Source: a virus
Virus record (IMG/VR): IMGVR_UViG_3300042090_000890
Span: 1-64,000 of that record
Length of the DNA stretch: 64,000 nt
Strand: one strand, 5' to 3'
Part shown: positions 9,552-17,826 of the stretch, one piece after another
Layout: each line of letters opens with the position of its first letter
Numbering within the stretch: position 1 is the first letter of the stretch
Notes under the pieces: model-generated
What the model was told of the DNA's origin: nothing
The model's input: the letters and a program-made list of their open reading frames with translations, nothing else
Database searches by the model: none
Program-made: the position numbers and the translations under genes

Positions 9552-9759
9552 TCTTGAGTCCTTCTTTCGGCCCGTAATACTCGACCGGGTGAGAGCCGTC
9601 TTCGTACTCTTCTATCGCACCTGGGTAGTGGATGTCAATGTATTTGGAGATCAAGGCGAGGACTTCGCCTTTCTGCAGATCGTGCTTTTCGATCATTTGA
9701 CCGCCTACGATCCGTTCGATTTCGTGCATGATATCGCCCATTTTCATCATCTTTGCCAT
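9541..9759 (-). CDS. hypothetical protein
   Basis: ORF directly downstream of an extended -10 element. Confidence 0.6.
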   Translation of the reverse strand: MAKMMKMGDIMHEIERIVGGQMIEKHDLQKGEVLALISKYIDIHYPGAIEEYEDGSHPVEYYGPKEGLKNAK

Positions 9760-9764
9760 AGCCC

Positions 9765-9792
9765 ATTATATCATACGGGCGAACTACGGCAA
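9765..9792 (-). promoter_or_regulatory. sigma70-type promoter TTGCCG-N16-TATAAT with extended TG
   Basis: TGATATAAT on minus strand, 5 nt before ATG 9759. Confidence 0.6.
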
Positions 9793-9804
9793 CACCTTCT
9801 CACT

Positions 9805-10233
9805 TTAGGGCGTGAAATAGCGTCCGGATGGTCCAGGCTGTCTCAAATCGACATGGACCCACGTGGTTGTTCCGCGCTCCATTCTGATACCGAGCGTCTC
9901 AAGTTGAGGTTCCAGAATGTCTTTCACTTGCTGTATGGTCAGATTTGGAGACGCATCAAAATCGCATGCGAGGTTCATCGCATGAACGTCCATGCCGGTC
10001 GGCAACAGAATCTTTTGCTCGATGTTGTACTGCGGCGAGCGAAACATGCAGTGTACATTCATCGGACAGCCGAGAGCAGATCGTACTTCTTCCAGCTTCT
10101 GACAGAGAGACTGTAGCAAGTCAAAGTTGGCACCGTCGGCTTCGGTAGCCAGTCTGCCCCAATTATGGAGCATTAAGCAGTCTTTTACGCTGAAATGATC
10201 CGTTACTGGATCATTAGGTGCGGTCCAATCCAC
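9805..10233 (-). CDS. peptidase M15 family, probable endolysin
   Basis: FRSPQYN, H-x6-D (HAMNLACD) and WVHVD Zn-ligand motifs. Confidence 0.8.
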   Translation of the reverse strand: MDWTAPNDPVTDHFSVKDCLMLHNWGRLATEADGANFDLLQSLCQKLEEVRSALGCPMNVHCMFRSPQYNIEQKILLPTGMDVHAMNLACDFDASPNLTIQQVKDILEPQLETLGIRMERGTTTWVHVDLRQPGPSGRYFTP

Positions 10234-10241
10234 GACTCCTC

Positions 10242-10460
10242 CTACGGGTGCTGCTTGATGTACTCGATCTTGTTTCGAAGATCGGTAATCTTTTGCTGCA
10301 GCTGTTTGGTAAACGCTTCAAGGTCTTTCAACTTGTGGGCACACATGTCTTCGTTCATATTGTTCGCATGCGTCATCGTCTCGAACGCTGCCGTCTTGAC
10401 GAAGCCGGTCGTTTCGAACAAACCCTCGATTTCCTTGGCAACCATGCTATACGAGAACAC
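10242..10460 (-). CDS. hypothetical coiled-coil protein
   Basis: ORF in operon. Confidence 0.5.
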   Translation of the reverse strand: MFSYSMVAKEIEGLFETTGFVKTAAFETMTHANNMNEDMCAHKLKDLEAFTKQLQQKITDLRNKIEYIKQHP

Positions 10461-10647
10461 GGATATCGTCCTCCAAAATGGATGGATATTGGGCGCGGAT
10501 CATTTCCTTCGCCTTCTGTATGCTTTCGGCCAACGTGGGCTCGACAGACACTGCATGGCCAGCGTACTCGCCGCCTTTGGTCAACTCGACTTCTACGGCT
10601 GTTTCGATCGACGGGTGACGATCGATGCGTGCAGCTACTTTGAACAT
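10447..10647 (-). CDS. hypothetical protein
   Basis: TAATG coupling to upstream gene. Confidence 0.5.
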   Translation of the reverse strand: MFKVAARIDRHPSIETAVEVELTKGGEYAGHAVSVEPTLAESIQKAKEMIRAQYPSILEDDIRVLV

Positions 10648-11117
10648 TATCCACCAGCCCCTTGAGTTGTCACCAACGGGACACTTACTGCTCCGCCGGA
10701 GCCGCCAGCAGCTACGGGCGTAGTCAACTTCTTTTCAAGGCGAGCTATTAAGTCGCCAGCGGCTCCGGCGGTCGGGCGGTTATCAACGAGATTGCCGGTT
10801 TCTTTGGCATCTACGATGATTCCGAGGCAAGCCAACGCGTGGGCGAGGTGCGGTTTGCCTGAGTCGGCAGCATTTTCTTCGCCGTCCAGCCAGGCCATCA
10901 AGTGGCGCATGGCGGCGTCGACGTAGATTGTGGCGACCACTTTGTTCTGTCTCCAATTATACGGACCATACTTTTTTGCGCCATCTTCCATCGCGAGAGC
11001 TTGGTAGATGATGCTCGAAGGTGGAACGAGGTGAAGATTCACCTTTTTCATACCGAGCAAGTCTTTCGGATTCGTGCCTAGTGTCGTACCGTTCGTTGAA
11101 TTCATGTTACCTCCCAT
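10647..11117 (-). CDS. DUF5664 dATP/dGTP diphosphohydrolase domain protein
   Basis: NPKD..GMKK..LHLVPP...GAKKYGPYNWR...YVDAAMRHL...SGKPHLAHA. Confidence 0.85.
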   Translation of the reverse strand: MGGNMNSTNGTTLGTNPKDLLGMKKVNLHLVPPSSIIYQALAMEDGAKKYGPYNWRQNKVVATIYVDAAMRHLMAWLDGEENAADSGKPHLAHALACLGIIVDAKETGNLVDNRPTAGAAGDLIARLEKKLTTPVAAGGSGGAVSVPLVTTQGAGG

Positions 11118-11895
11118 TTAAAATTGATTTAACGGCTGCCAAAGGTACAGCGTACGCCCATGATGTAGGTCCGTAAGCGTACACCACTCCGACCAGATTT
11201 CCGACCGAGTCTACCACAGGACTTCCGGAAGCGCCAGGATACATTGCGAGAGTAGTGATCAGCGCAGAATCTGTTTCCGAGCAAAAGTCTACCATCTTAC
11301 TGGCCGGGAATAACGGACTTTCTGCTAGGAACGGGTAGCATTCAAACAGCTCTTGGAACTCAGATACCCTAGACGTAGACGCGTCTTTCATGGCTTGGCA
11401 TTCTTCCAAAGAAATGGCGGTACCTATCACACCGACGCCGACGGTTTCGTCCAATATACCGACTACTTCACCTGAGATGAACGTGAAAGGATTCAGGTTG
11501 GGATGCCCAGCGTAATAGATTGTCTGCCCGTAAGCGAGGCCACTGGCGAGTCTTATGCCAGTTTCGTTGGTCGGCGGCTTCAGCAAACACAGGTCCGAAT
11601 TATCTGATACGACTACTATGTCTATCTGTTTTTCGCCGTCTGGCGTAGAAGCCCATAGACCGCCGGTTTCTGCACCTTGGCAAACGTGGCGGTTGGTCAT
11701 GATATACGTGTTGCCGGACGGCGCCTGGATATAGAACCCGGTGCCGCCGGAACCGTTAGGAAATGACGGTTCGTTCTTCTGGGCCAACATGACCACTTTT
11801 TTCGATAGGTACGAGCGTAAAAAGATCCGCTGTGCTCGCGGCACTTCGAAGGCGATGATGACCATCGCTGCCAATAAAAAGAACGCAACGCTCAA
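11107..11895 (-). CDS. membrane-anchored/secreted trypsin-like (S1) serine protease
   Basis: GTGF, TNRHVC (His), DLCLL (Asp), PGASGSP (Ser); hydrophobic N-terminus. Confidence 0.88.
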   Translation of the reverse strand: MSVAFFLLAAMVIIAFEVPRAQRIFLRSYLSKKVVMLAQKNEPSFPNGSGGTGFYIQAPSGNTYIMTNRHVCQGAETGGLWASTPDGEKQIDIVVVSDNSDLCLLKPPTNETGIRLASGLAYGQTIYYAGHPNLNPFTFISGEVVGILDETVGVGVIGTAISLEECQAMKDASTSRVSEFQELFECYPFLAESPLFPASKMVDFCSETDSALITTLAMYPGASGSPVVDSVGNLVGVVYAYGPTSWAYAVPLAAVKSILNGR

Positions 11896-11924
11896 GGTCG
11901 CAAGCGCGCGGGAGATAAGTCGAA

Positions 11925-12404
11925 TCAGAAACTTCCTCCGATACTGAGACCGTACACCTTATTGGTCAGACCGAACACGCCAACGCTGAACGGGCCGATG
12001 ATACGACGCTGTATGTGAACGCCGTAGCCCATAGAGCCTGTGTTGAGCAGTGTGTCGTCCAAGCGACTAGGAGTCGCAAGCGCGGAGATGTTCCAATCCG
12101 AATTGATGTTTGTCGTCGTGGTTGTGGACTGTGTCGTCGTAGTGGTATTTTTCTGGTCTGTTGTGACAGAGTTGCTCTTGTCCGTAATGTGAATTTCTTC
12201 TTTGACTGTACCATCTTTCTCGATGGTTTTGTCGATGGTTTCGTCTTTGTTGTCTGCCACGTCCGTGACTTTGTCCTCATTTGAGTTTGTGACCGTCTGC
12301 GTCTTAGTGACCACTTGGCTCGGAGTCGAATACCGACCAACGCAGAAACTCGCGGCGATGGCCGTGACCAGCACTATCGCGCCTGTTTTTAGACTGACTT
12401 CCAT
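11925..12404 (-). CDS. membrane protein: N-terminal TM, Thr-rich linker, C-terminal beta strands ending in Phe
   Basis: Sequence composition; GGAG RBS. Confidence 0.6.
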   Translation of the reverse strand: MEVSLKTGAIVLVTAIAASFCVGRYSTPSQVVTKTQTVTNSNEDKVTDVADNKDETIDKTIEKDGTVKEEIHITDKSNSVTTDQKNTTTTTQSTTTTTNINSDWNISALATPSRLDDTLLNTGSMGYGVHIQRRIIGPFSVGVFGLTNKVYGLSIGGSF

Positions 12405-12423
12405 ACATTCTCCTTTGACCCGG

Positions 12424-13116
12424 CTAATCTAGCACGAAGTCGTGTGTGCTGAGATTCCTCTCTTTGATTTGAGATTTCGCCCAGCCAATATAGTCTATAC
12501 CATGCTTCTTGCAGATTGACCTAGCCTTTTTTCGGATATCGTACTCCGTCAGCTTCAATGTGGCCAATTCTGACAATTTATCCCGGTAATCGTCAAGATT
12601 CTCTTCGAGTATGCTGCGGAGCTGCTGGCGGCGGGCCTTACGGACCCACACTGGCTCAGGCGCCGATTCCTCGACTGCCATGACCGGCGCTTCGATCGGG
12701 TAATCTTTGCCGTCTTTGAGAAACGAGTCGTAGACTTCGTCGAGGCTCAGGTCGAGATGATTCTCTCGTATCCGGAACTTGCGATCAAGAAAGTCGTAGA
12801 AGTTGGCCAGCTTTTGGTTGATGCCGTGCATCATAACGTAATAGTAGTCTTTTTTCGACTTTCCGTCGAATTCACTGTTCAGAAATTGCAAACCGAGTAT
12901 CTGCACGATGCTGAGCATGTCGTCGAAGTCAAAGCCGTACCTTGTCAAGGTGTGCTTATTGGCCTGGAACGTCAGGTTCGCGATGTGCTTCGCGCATTTT
13001 TGGAACTCGCGATCGGCCAGAAGGGTATTTGCTTCTTCGTTGGCGAAGGCTTTGCGGGCTGGATTCTCGCGCAGGTAGCAGGCTTCGAAGTTGTCTGACA
13101 CGTTATTTCTGGTCAT
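12424..13116 (-). CDS. hypothetical protein
   Basis: ATGA overlap with primase stop. Confidence 0.65.
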   Translation of the reverse strand: MTRNNVSDNFEACYLRENPARKAFANEEANTLLADREFQKCAKHIANLTFQANKHTLTRYGFDFDDMLSIVQILGLQFLNSEFDGKSKKDYYYVMMHGINQKLANFYDFLDRKFRIRENHLDLSLDEVYDSFLKDGKDYPIEAPVMAVEESAPEPVWVRKARRQQLRSILEENLDDYRDKLSELATLKLTEYDIRKKARSICKKHGIDYIGWAKSQIKERNLSTHDFVLD

Positions 13117-14111
13117 CTGAACCTATTGTTGGGATGAAACAGGAAGGTAGAGCCCAACGGTTTGGCGTTTTCGAACGCAGTCTTTGCTTCTTCCAACGTA
13201 CACTCTCCGAAGTCGGCTTTCTTACCCGCCGCTGCGCAGCGGGCGACGACTGATGCCGGAACGTCGATCTTGTAATACGATTCAAATGTTTTCATGTCTG
13301 CGATCTCATTCATTTCTACCGCAGCGTCGTCGTCGAGCGCCAGATACAGTTTTCGTATACCATAACTCTTGATTATGTCAAGTTGTTTATCAGTAACCGC
13401 CTTGCCCATAGTGCAAACATTCGAGCCGACGAGATCGAACTTCAGTGCGTCAAACGGACCTTCGGCCATGATCGCGAAGTCTGAGCCTTCGAGATTGTCC
13501 GCGAACATGACCAAGATATCCCGTCTAAATCCGTCGTTGTTGCGCATGCGCAACCCCTCTTCGACAGGATCTATGTGACGTCCTTGGTACCCGTAGCAGT
13601 ACCCTCCCATCATGATCGGGAAGTACACGCGGCGATAATGTTTAGAGTATGCCATGTCGTACTTTGAGGCCATTTCTGGCGTGACACCGCGTCTGGCGAG
13701 ATAGGACATTCCTTCCGCAGAATCCGGACTCAAAATGTCCGTCATGTAAAACTCCGGCCATGCCAGAGCTTCGATATCGCTAGTAGCGTCTTCCCGTTCT
13801 TCTAGCCCAGAGACAAACTCTTGTAATTTCTCATCCGCCTTGACGCGGTGCTGTCCGTCATCGTCCGTTCTGAGCATTGCCCGCGCATCCTTGATCGGGA
13901 TGCCCATCGTTAATGAAACCCAATCCGGAAACCACCGTTTGCCGAAGTCACACGAAGCACGGTAACACCGCGATGCGCCATTTTCTTTTAGAATCGAGAA
14001 CTTATCTTCGCGCTTGCACAGAGGACATGTGGTGCGCAACGTGTTGCGCTTTTCCACGTACGCGACGCCGGATTCGGACAAAATTGCGACCATTCTGTCC
14101 CGAAGGCTCAT
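13113..14111 (-). CDS. DNA primase (Zn finger + TOPRIM)
   Basis: CPLC...CYRASC Zn finger; YLARRG; AEGPFDAL and LALDDD TOPRIM motifs. Confidence 0.88.
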   Translation of the reverse strand: MSLRDRMVAILSESGVAYVEKRNTLRTTCPLCKREDKFSILKENGASRCYRASCDFGKRWFPDWVSLTMGIPIKDARAMLRTDDDGQHRVKADEKLQEFVSGLEEREDATSDIEALAWPEFYMTDILSPDSAEGMSYLARRGVTPEMASKYDMAYSKHYRRVYFPIMMGGYCYGYQGRHIDPVEEGLRMRNNDGFRRDILVMFADNLEGSDFAIMAEGPFDALKFDLVGSNVCTMGKAVTDKQLDIIKSYGIRKLYLALDDDAAVEMNEIADMKTFESYYKIDVPASVVARCAAAGKKADFGECTLEEAKTAFENAKPLGSTFLFHPNNRFR

Positions 14112-14113
14112 TC

Positions 14114-15232
14114 TTACTCCGAGTCTTTGATGCCTTTGATTCGCTTGAAATCGATCATCTTGACATCGCGCAATAATTTCTCTTGGAGTTCCGTGTTATC
14201 TCGGATAGCAGTAAGGCACTTCACCGCTCCGTGATACGTGTCTTCGCCGATCTTGTAGTAGGCCGCCGAAGGTTTTTGTATGACACCATGATTGAGAGCC
14301 AGCTGAAAGATTTCCTCATACTGATTAACGATACCATCGTCGTAGTTGAGAGTGAACTCGGCGGTGCGGCCAGCGTATGGAAATGAACTGTCTTCCACGC
14401 AGAAGCGCATCTTGTGGCCGGTGCGCTGGGCCTTGTCCATCAAATCTTTCACGGCTGGGTCGTTGAACTCTTCGTTGAGCAGGCTCATTTTTCCGTCTTT
14501 CCACTCGTTTCTTTCGATGTAGCAGAAATACTCGAAGATGTGTTTGGTAGCCCAACCTGCTTGCATCTTAACGCTTCCGGATTTCTTGGCCTCTTGGGTG
14601 TCTTGCTCTGCGCGTACGTGAGTCGTACACAGCAAAGCGATGTTGTGGCGACGTATGACCGGCAGAATGCGCATCAGACCATCTTTGATCGTGAGAGCGT
14701 GATCGCCGCGCTGCTGCGTGTCGACCGTATCTGCATCCAGCGTGCGACGGCCTTGGATACCGGACAGAGAATCGATGATCACCAATTTGATGTTCTCGCC
14801 TGCCTCGCATAGGGCGGCCACGTCGTACTCGATGAAGTCAAAGATTTCGCTAGGAACGTTCGTATCGCGTGCTTTGAACCGCTTCGGATCTATGCCGAAT
14901 TTTCGCATGTTCGTCGCGGACAGCTGAAACTTGCTGCGAAGCTCCGAATCCAGTTTGATGGCCTTGGCTGTCGGATCATCGGCGTGCAGCTGGCCGATCG
15001 TAGCCGATACAAGAACTGACTTGCCGCCTTTCGGAGGACCGTACCACAGCGCGCCTGCGCCGAACGGAAGACCCCATCCTGGCTGAGCAAACGCCCAATT
15101 GATGGAAGGACTAGGCGTCTTGAGGCAGTTCATCAAAGCCTCTTCGCCAGCATCTGGCTCGACCATACCTTCGATTTCGTCCAGTTTGCTCCACGAGCTT
15201 ACTACGCGGCGTTTCTGTTTCTTGTCATCCAT
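14114..15232 (-). CDS. recA: RecA/UvsX-like recombinase
   Basis: Walker A GPPKGGKS, LDSE, Walker B VIIDS; start placed at ATG 15232. Confidence 0.85.
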   Translation of the reverse strand: MDDKKQKRRVVSSWSKLDEIEGMVEPDAGEEALMNCLKTPSPSINWAFAQPGWGLPFGAGALWYGPPKGGKSVLVSATIGQLHADDPTAKAIKLDSELRSKFQLSATNMRKFGIDPKRFKARDTNVPSEIFDFIEYDVAALCEAGENIKLVIIDSLSGIQGRRTLDADTVDTQQRGDHALTIKDGLMRILPVIRRHNIALLCTTHVRAEQDTQEAKKSGSVKMQAGWATKHIFEYFCYIERNEWKDGKMSLLNEEFNDPAVKDLMDKAQRTGHKMRFCVEDSSFPYAGRTAEFTLNYDDGIVNQYEEIFQLALNHGVIQKPSAAYYKIGEDTYHGAVKCLTAIRDNTELQEKLLRDVKMIDFKRIKGIKDSE

Positions 15233-15800
15233 TGCTTTTCCTCTCGTCTTTGCCCATGAAATTAGCTTGTGGGCTTTCGTACGTTCGACCAATTGTTCCG
15301 ACCAAATTCGGAGTCGGAGCCGAACCGCGATTCTGCGCGGACTCTGCGACCGACTTGTGCGCTCGAACAAAAGACCAGAATGCTGTTTCTAGCACAGCCT
15401 TGGCGGTTGTCAACTCATTCATGATGTCGAGCGATTTCTCGCAATCTGGGTCTGTCGCATATAACGCATCTCGTATATCCTCGTTCATCTTCATGCCTTC
15501 GGCCTTAAACCGTTTGGCTTCTTCGACCGCTTTGCCGAGGGTAACGCGGGCGCGGTTCTTGTCATGAACCTTTTTGATCTTCAAAATCTCATAGTCTATC
15601 CAGGCCATGTACTTGCCAGCTTCGTTGGCGGCCTCGTTGAACAGACCTTCCAACTCTTTCTGGGTAGCCGGATTAACGAAACGAGCCTCGTGCATTCGGC
15701 GGTTCGCTTCGTCTATCCGTGTCATATCCAATTCAATTTCCGGCTGATCAAAGTACCCTCTGGGCACCTTAATCGTACGCGGAACAGTTGGGAGATTCAC
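15225..15800 (-). CDS. helical protein, possible UvsY-like recombination mediator
   Basis: Coiled-coil content; lies between SSB and RecA (function inferred from position). Confidence 0.4.
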   Translation of the reverse strand: MNLPTVPRTIKVPRGYFDQPEIELDMTRIDEANRRMHEARFVNPATQKELEGLFNEAANEAGKYMAWIDYEILKIKKVHDKNRARVTLGKAVEEAKRFKAEGMKMNEDIRDALYATDPDCEKSLDIMNELTTAKAVLETAFWSFVRAHKSVAESAQNRGSAPTPNLVGTIGRTYESPQANFMGKDERKSNG

Positions 15801-15802
15801 GA

Positions 15803-17056
15803 TTATCCTTCTTTCTTAGGTCTCACCATGTTGATGAACTCTTGATCGTCCATCTGAGCTGCCGGAGCGGCTGTTTGACCAAATCCTGCCGGAGGCGGTG
15901 CGCCAAAGCCTGCTGGAGGCGGTGTAGGAGCTTGTGGGGCCGGTTCAGCAGTGCTTCCGAACCCAACCGGAGGTGTGAAGCCTGCCGGAGGCTGGAATGC
16001 CGCTGGCGGCGCCACAAGCGCCGTTGGAGCTGGAGCAGGTGCTGTAGCAGCCGGTGTCGGTGTCGGAGCGCCAAAGCCTGACTGGAACGCTGGCGGAACT
16101 GCCGGAGCCAAAGGCTGTTGCGTACCGAGTGGTGCAGAAGTTGGTGCGCTGAAACCAACCGGAGGAGGAGCTGCAAACGCCGTGGGCGGCGGCGCCATCG
16201 TCGCAGCCGGTGCAGGTGCTGAGCCGATCGGAGGCACATAGCCCTGCGGCGGCTGATAAACCTGAGCCGGTTTGTTTTCTTCCGCGAACAACTGGTCCAT
16301 GTACTGAGCACGGGCGTTGCCTTCCAAGGCAATGATCTGAGCGATCTGCTCGACAGTCAGAATGCGATTGAACAGCATTCCAAGGTCTGCCGCTTCCGGG
16401 CCGAGACGCTGAGCGAAGGCTTGGTCGATGTGGTGGATAACTTCGGCGTATCTTCCGTCTGGTTGGCGGTGCATGTAGAGTTCAACGTTGAAGATCGCCT
16501 GCGCGTCGCCTTTGTAGGCCGACTTCTTTTGGAAGGTCAGGTATACGCCTTCAAGGCCGCAGATATCGCGTCCGAGAGCTTCTTGCTTCTTGCAAAGATC
16601 GTCAAGAGCTTTGAACATCTTAGAACCGATCGGTAGGATGCCGATGCGGTTTTCCGGGTTCACGACGTTGAGGTAATACTTCCGTTCTGCTTGGAACGGG
16701 AAGATATTCTCATCGCGGAACTTCTTGACTTGGTCTTTCGGCGCGCCGGAGTCGGCCCATGCTTTAAGCTGAGCTTCCAGCTCGGCGACTTTGTCGCAGA
16801 CGGGGCAGTGCGCCGTGATAACCTTCGTCTTAAAGTTGAATTCTTCGACGCAACGGAACGGACGCTGTTTGCCGTCTGTTCCTCGGAAGCCACGGTGCGT
16901 AGCGTAGAATTGAGCATATTTGCTCTTCGGCGCGAGGCTCTTGATCGGCGGCAGAACGCGGTAGATATTTTCCTTATTGGACTCAATGTCGAAGAATCCT
17001 GCTCGACCTTGTCTTCCGTATGCGGCTCTGCCGATCGCTACTTGTTCCGTATTCAT
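15803..17056 (-). CDS. gp32-like single-stranded DNA-binding protein with long Pro/Ala-rich tail
   Basis: YRVLPP, C...HCPVC Zn motif, YYLNV; low-complexity C-terminal third; replication-cluster context. Confidence 0.7.
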   Translation of the reverse strand: MNTEQVAIGRAAYGRQGRAGFFDIESNKENIYRVLPPIKSLAPKSKYAQFYATHRGFRGTDGKQRPFRCVEEFNFKTKVITAHCPVCDKVAELEAQLKAWADSGAPKDQVKKFRDENIFPFQAERKYYLNVVNPENRIGILPIGSKMFKALDDLCKKQEALGRDICGLEGVYLTFQKKSAYKGDAQAIFNVELYMHRQPDGRYAEVIHHIDQAFAQRLGPEAADLGMLFNRILTVEQIAQIIALEGNARAQYMDQLFAEENKPAQVYQPPQGYVPPIGSAPAPAATMAPPPTAFAAPPPVGFSAPTSAPLGTQQPLAPAVPPAFQSGFGAPTPTPAATAPAPAPTALVAPPAAFQPPAGFTPPVGFGSTAEPAPQAPTPPPAGFGAPPPAGFGQTAAPAAQMDDQEFINMVRPKKEG

Positions 17057-17799
17057 TGATTCTCCTGTGTCTGAGGCTGTTCAGCCTCGGTTTTTAATTT
17101 TGATGTCAGAGATTTTTTGATCCCTGCCAACTTCTTTTTCACGGAATCAACGGTTACTTCATCGTCCGACGTGATTACCGTGTTTGCTTGGCTAAGATAT
17201 TGCGAATCGATCTCTTTGTCAAGGTTATAAACCACGACCGGCAATTTTGCGCCGCTGAAGCGGGCTTCTAGCGCTTTCTTCTCGATTTCCCGACGGGTAA
17301 TCGCCGACTGGAGCGACGAGCCGTAGTTGTTGTCGATCAACTTCGACACCGCGATATCGAACGGAGAGTCGTAGATGCCATCGGAATAGCCGTTGATTTT
17401 CGGCGTCGGCAACTCTTTCATCTCGTATTCCATCTTGACCTTGTGGAGTTCTGCGATCAAACGGAAGTGGGCGTGCGAACTGTAAACGCTGCCTACTGCG
17501 GCCTGGCTAAGTTGAGTAACCAATCGGTTTTTCACGAGATTAAAGTCTACTGAGATCGACCCAAGGGTATCGGCAGCTTTGGCAAACTCGGCTGCTGTGG
17601 AACCTTTCACACCGATGATCACAACGTGGTTCATGACCAACGCCTTGTAATTACGGTATAGTTTGTCCAAATCCTTTTTGGCGTTTCGGACCATCGCTTC
17701 GACACCGTTTCGTGTCCGTGGGTCGGCATCGCCGGGATTGAGCTTTGATTCAGCTTCCTTGTCTTCGATCTTGGCCAGGGCTTCTTTGAGTTCGTTCAT
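17053..17799 (-). CDS. hypothetical protein
   Basis: Strong RBS (GGAGG) and upstream TGGTATAAT. Confidence 0.7.
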   Translation of the reverse strand: MNELKEALAKIEDKEAESKLNPGDADPRTRNGVEAMVRNAKKDLDKLYRNYKALVMNHVVIIGVKGSTAAEFAKAADTLGSISVDFNLVKNRLVTQLSQAAVGSVYSSHAHFRLIAELHKVKMEYEMKELPTPKINGYSDGIYDSPFDIAVSKLIDNNYGSSLQSAITRREIEKKALEARFSGAKLPVVVYNLDKEIDSQYLSQANTVITSDDEVTVDSVKKKLAGIKKSLTSKLKTEAEQPQTQENQ

Positions 17800-17814
17800 A
17801 GTACCTCCAACGCC

Positions 17815-17823
17815 ATTATACCA
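17815..17823 (-). promoter_or_regulatory. extended -10 element TGGTATAAT
   Basis: In the dnaE/next-gene gap, followed by RBS and ATG. Confidence 0.55.
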
Positions 17824-17826
17824 GAA

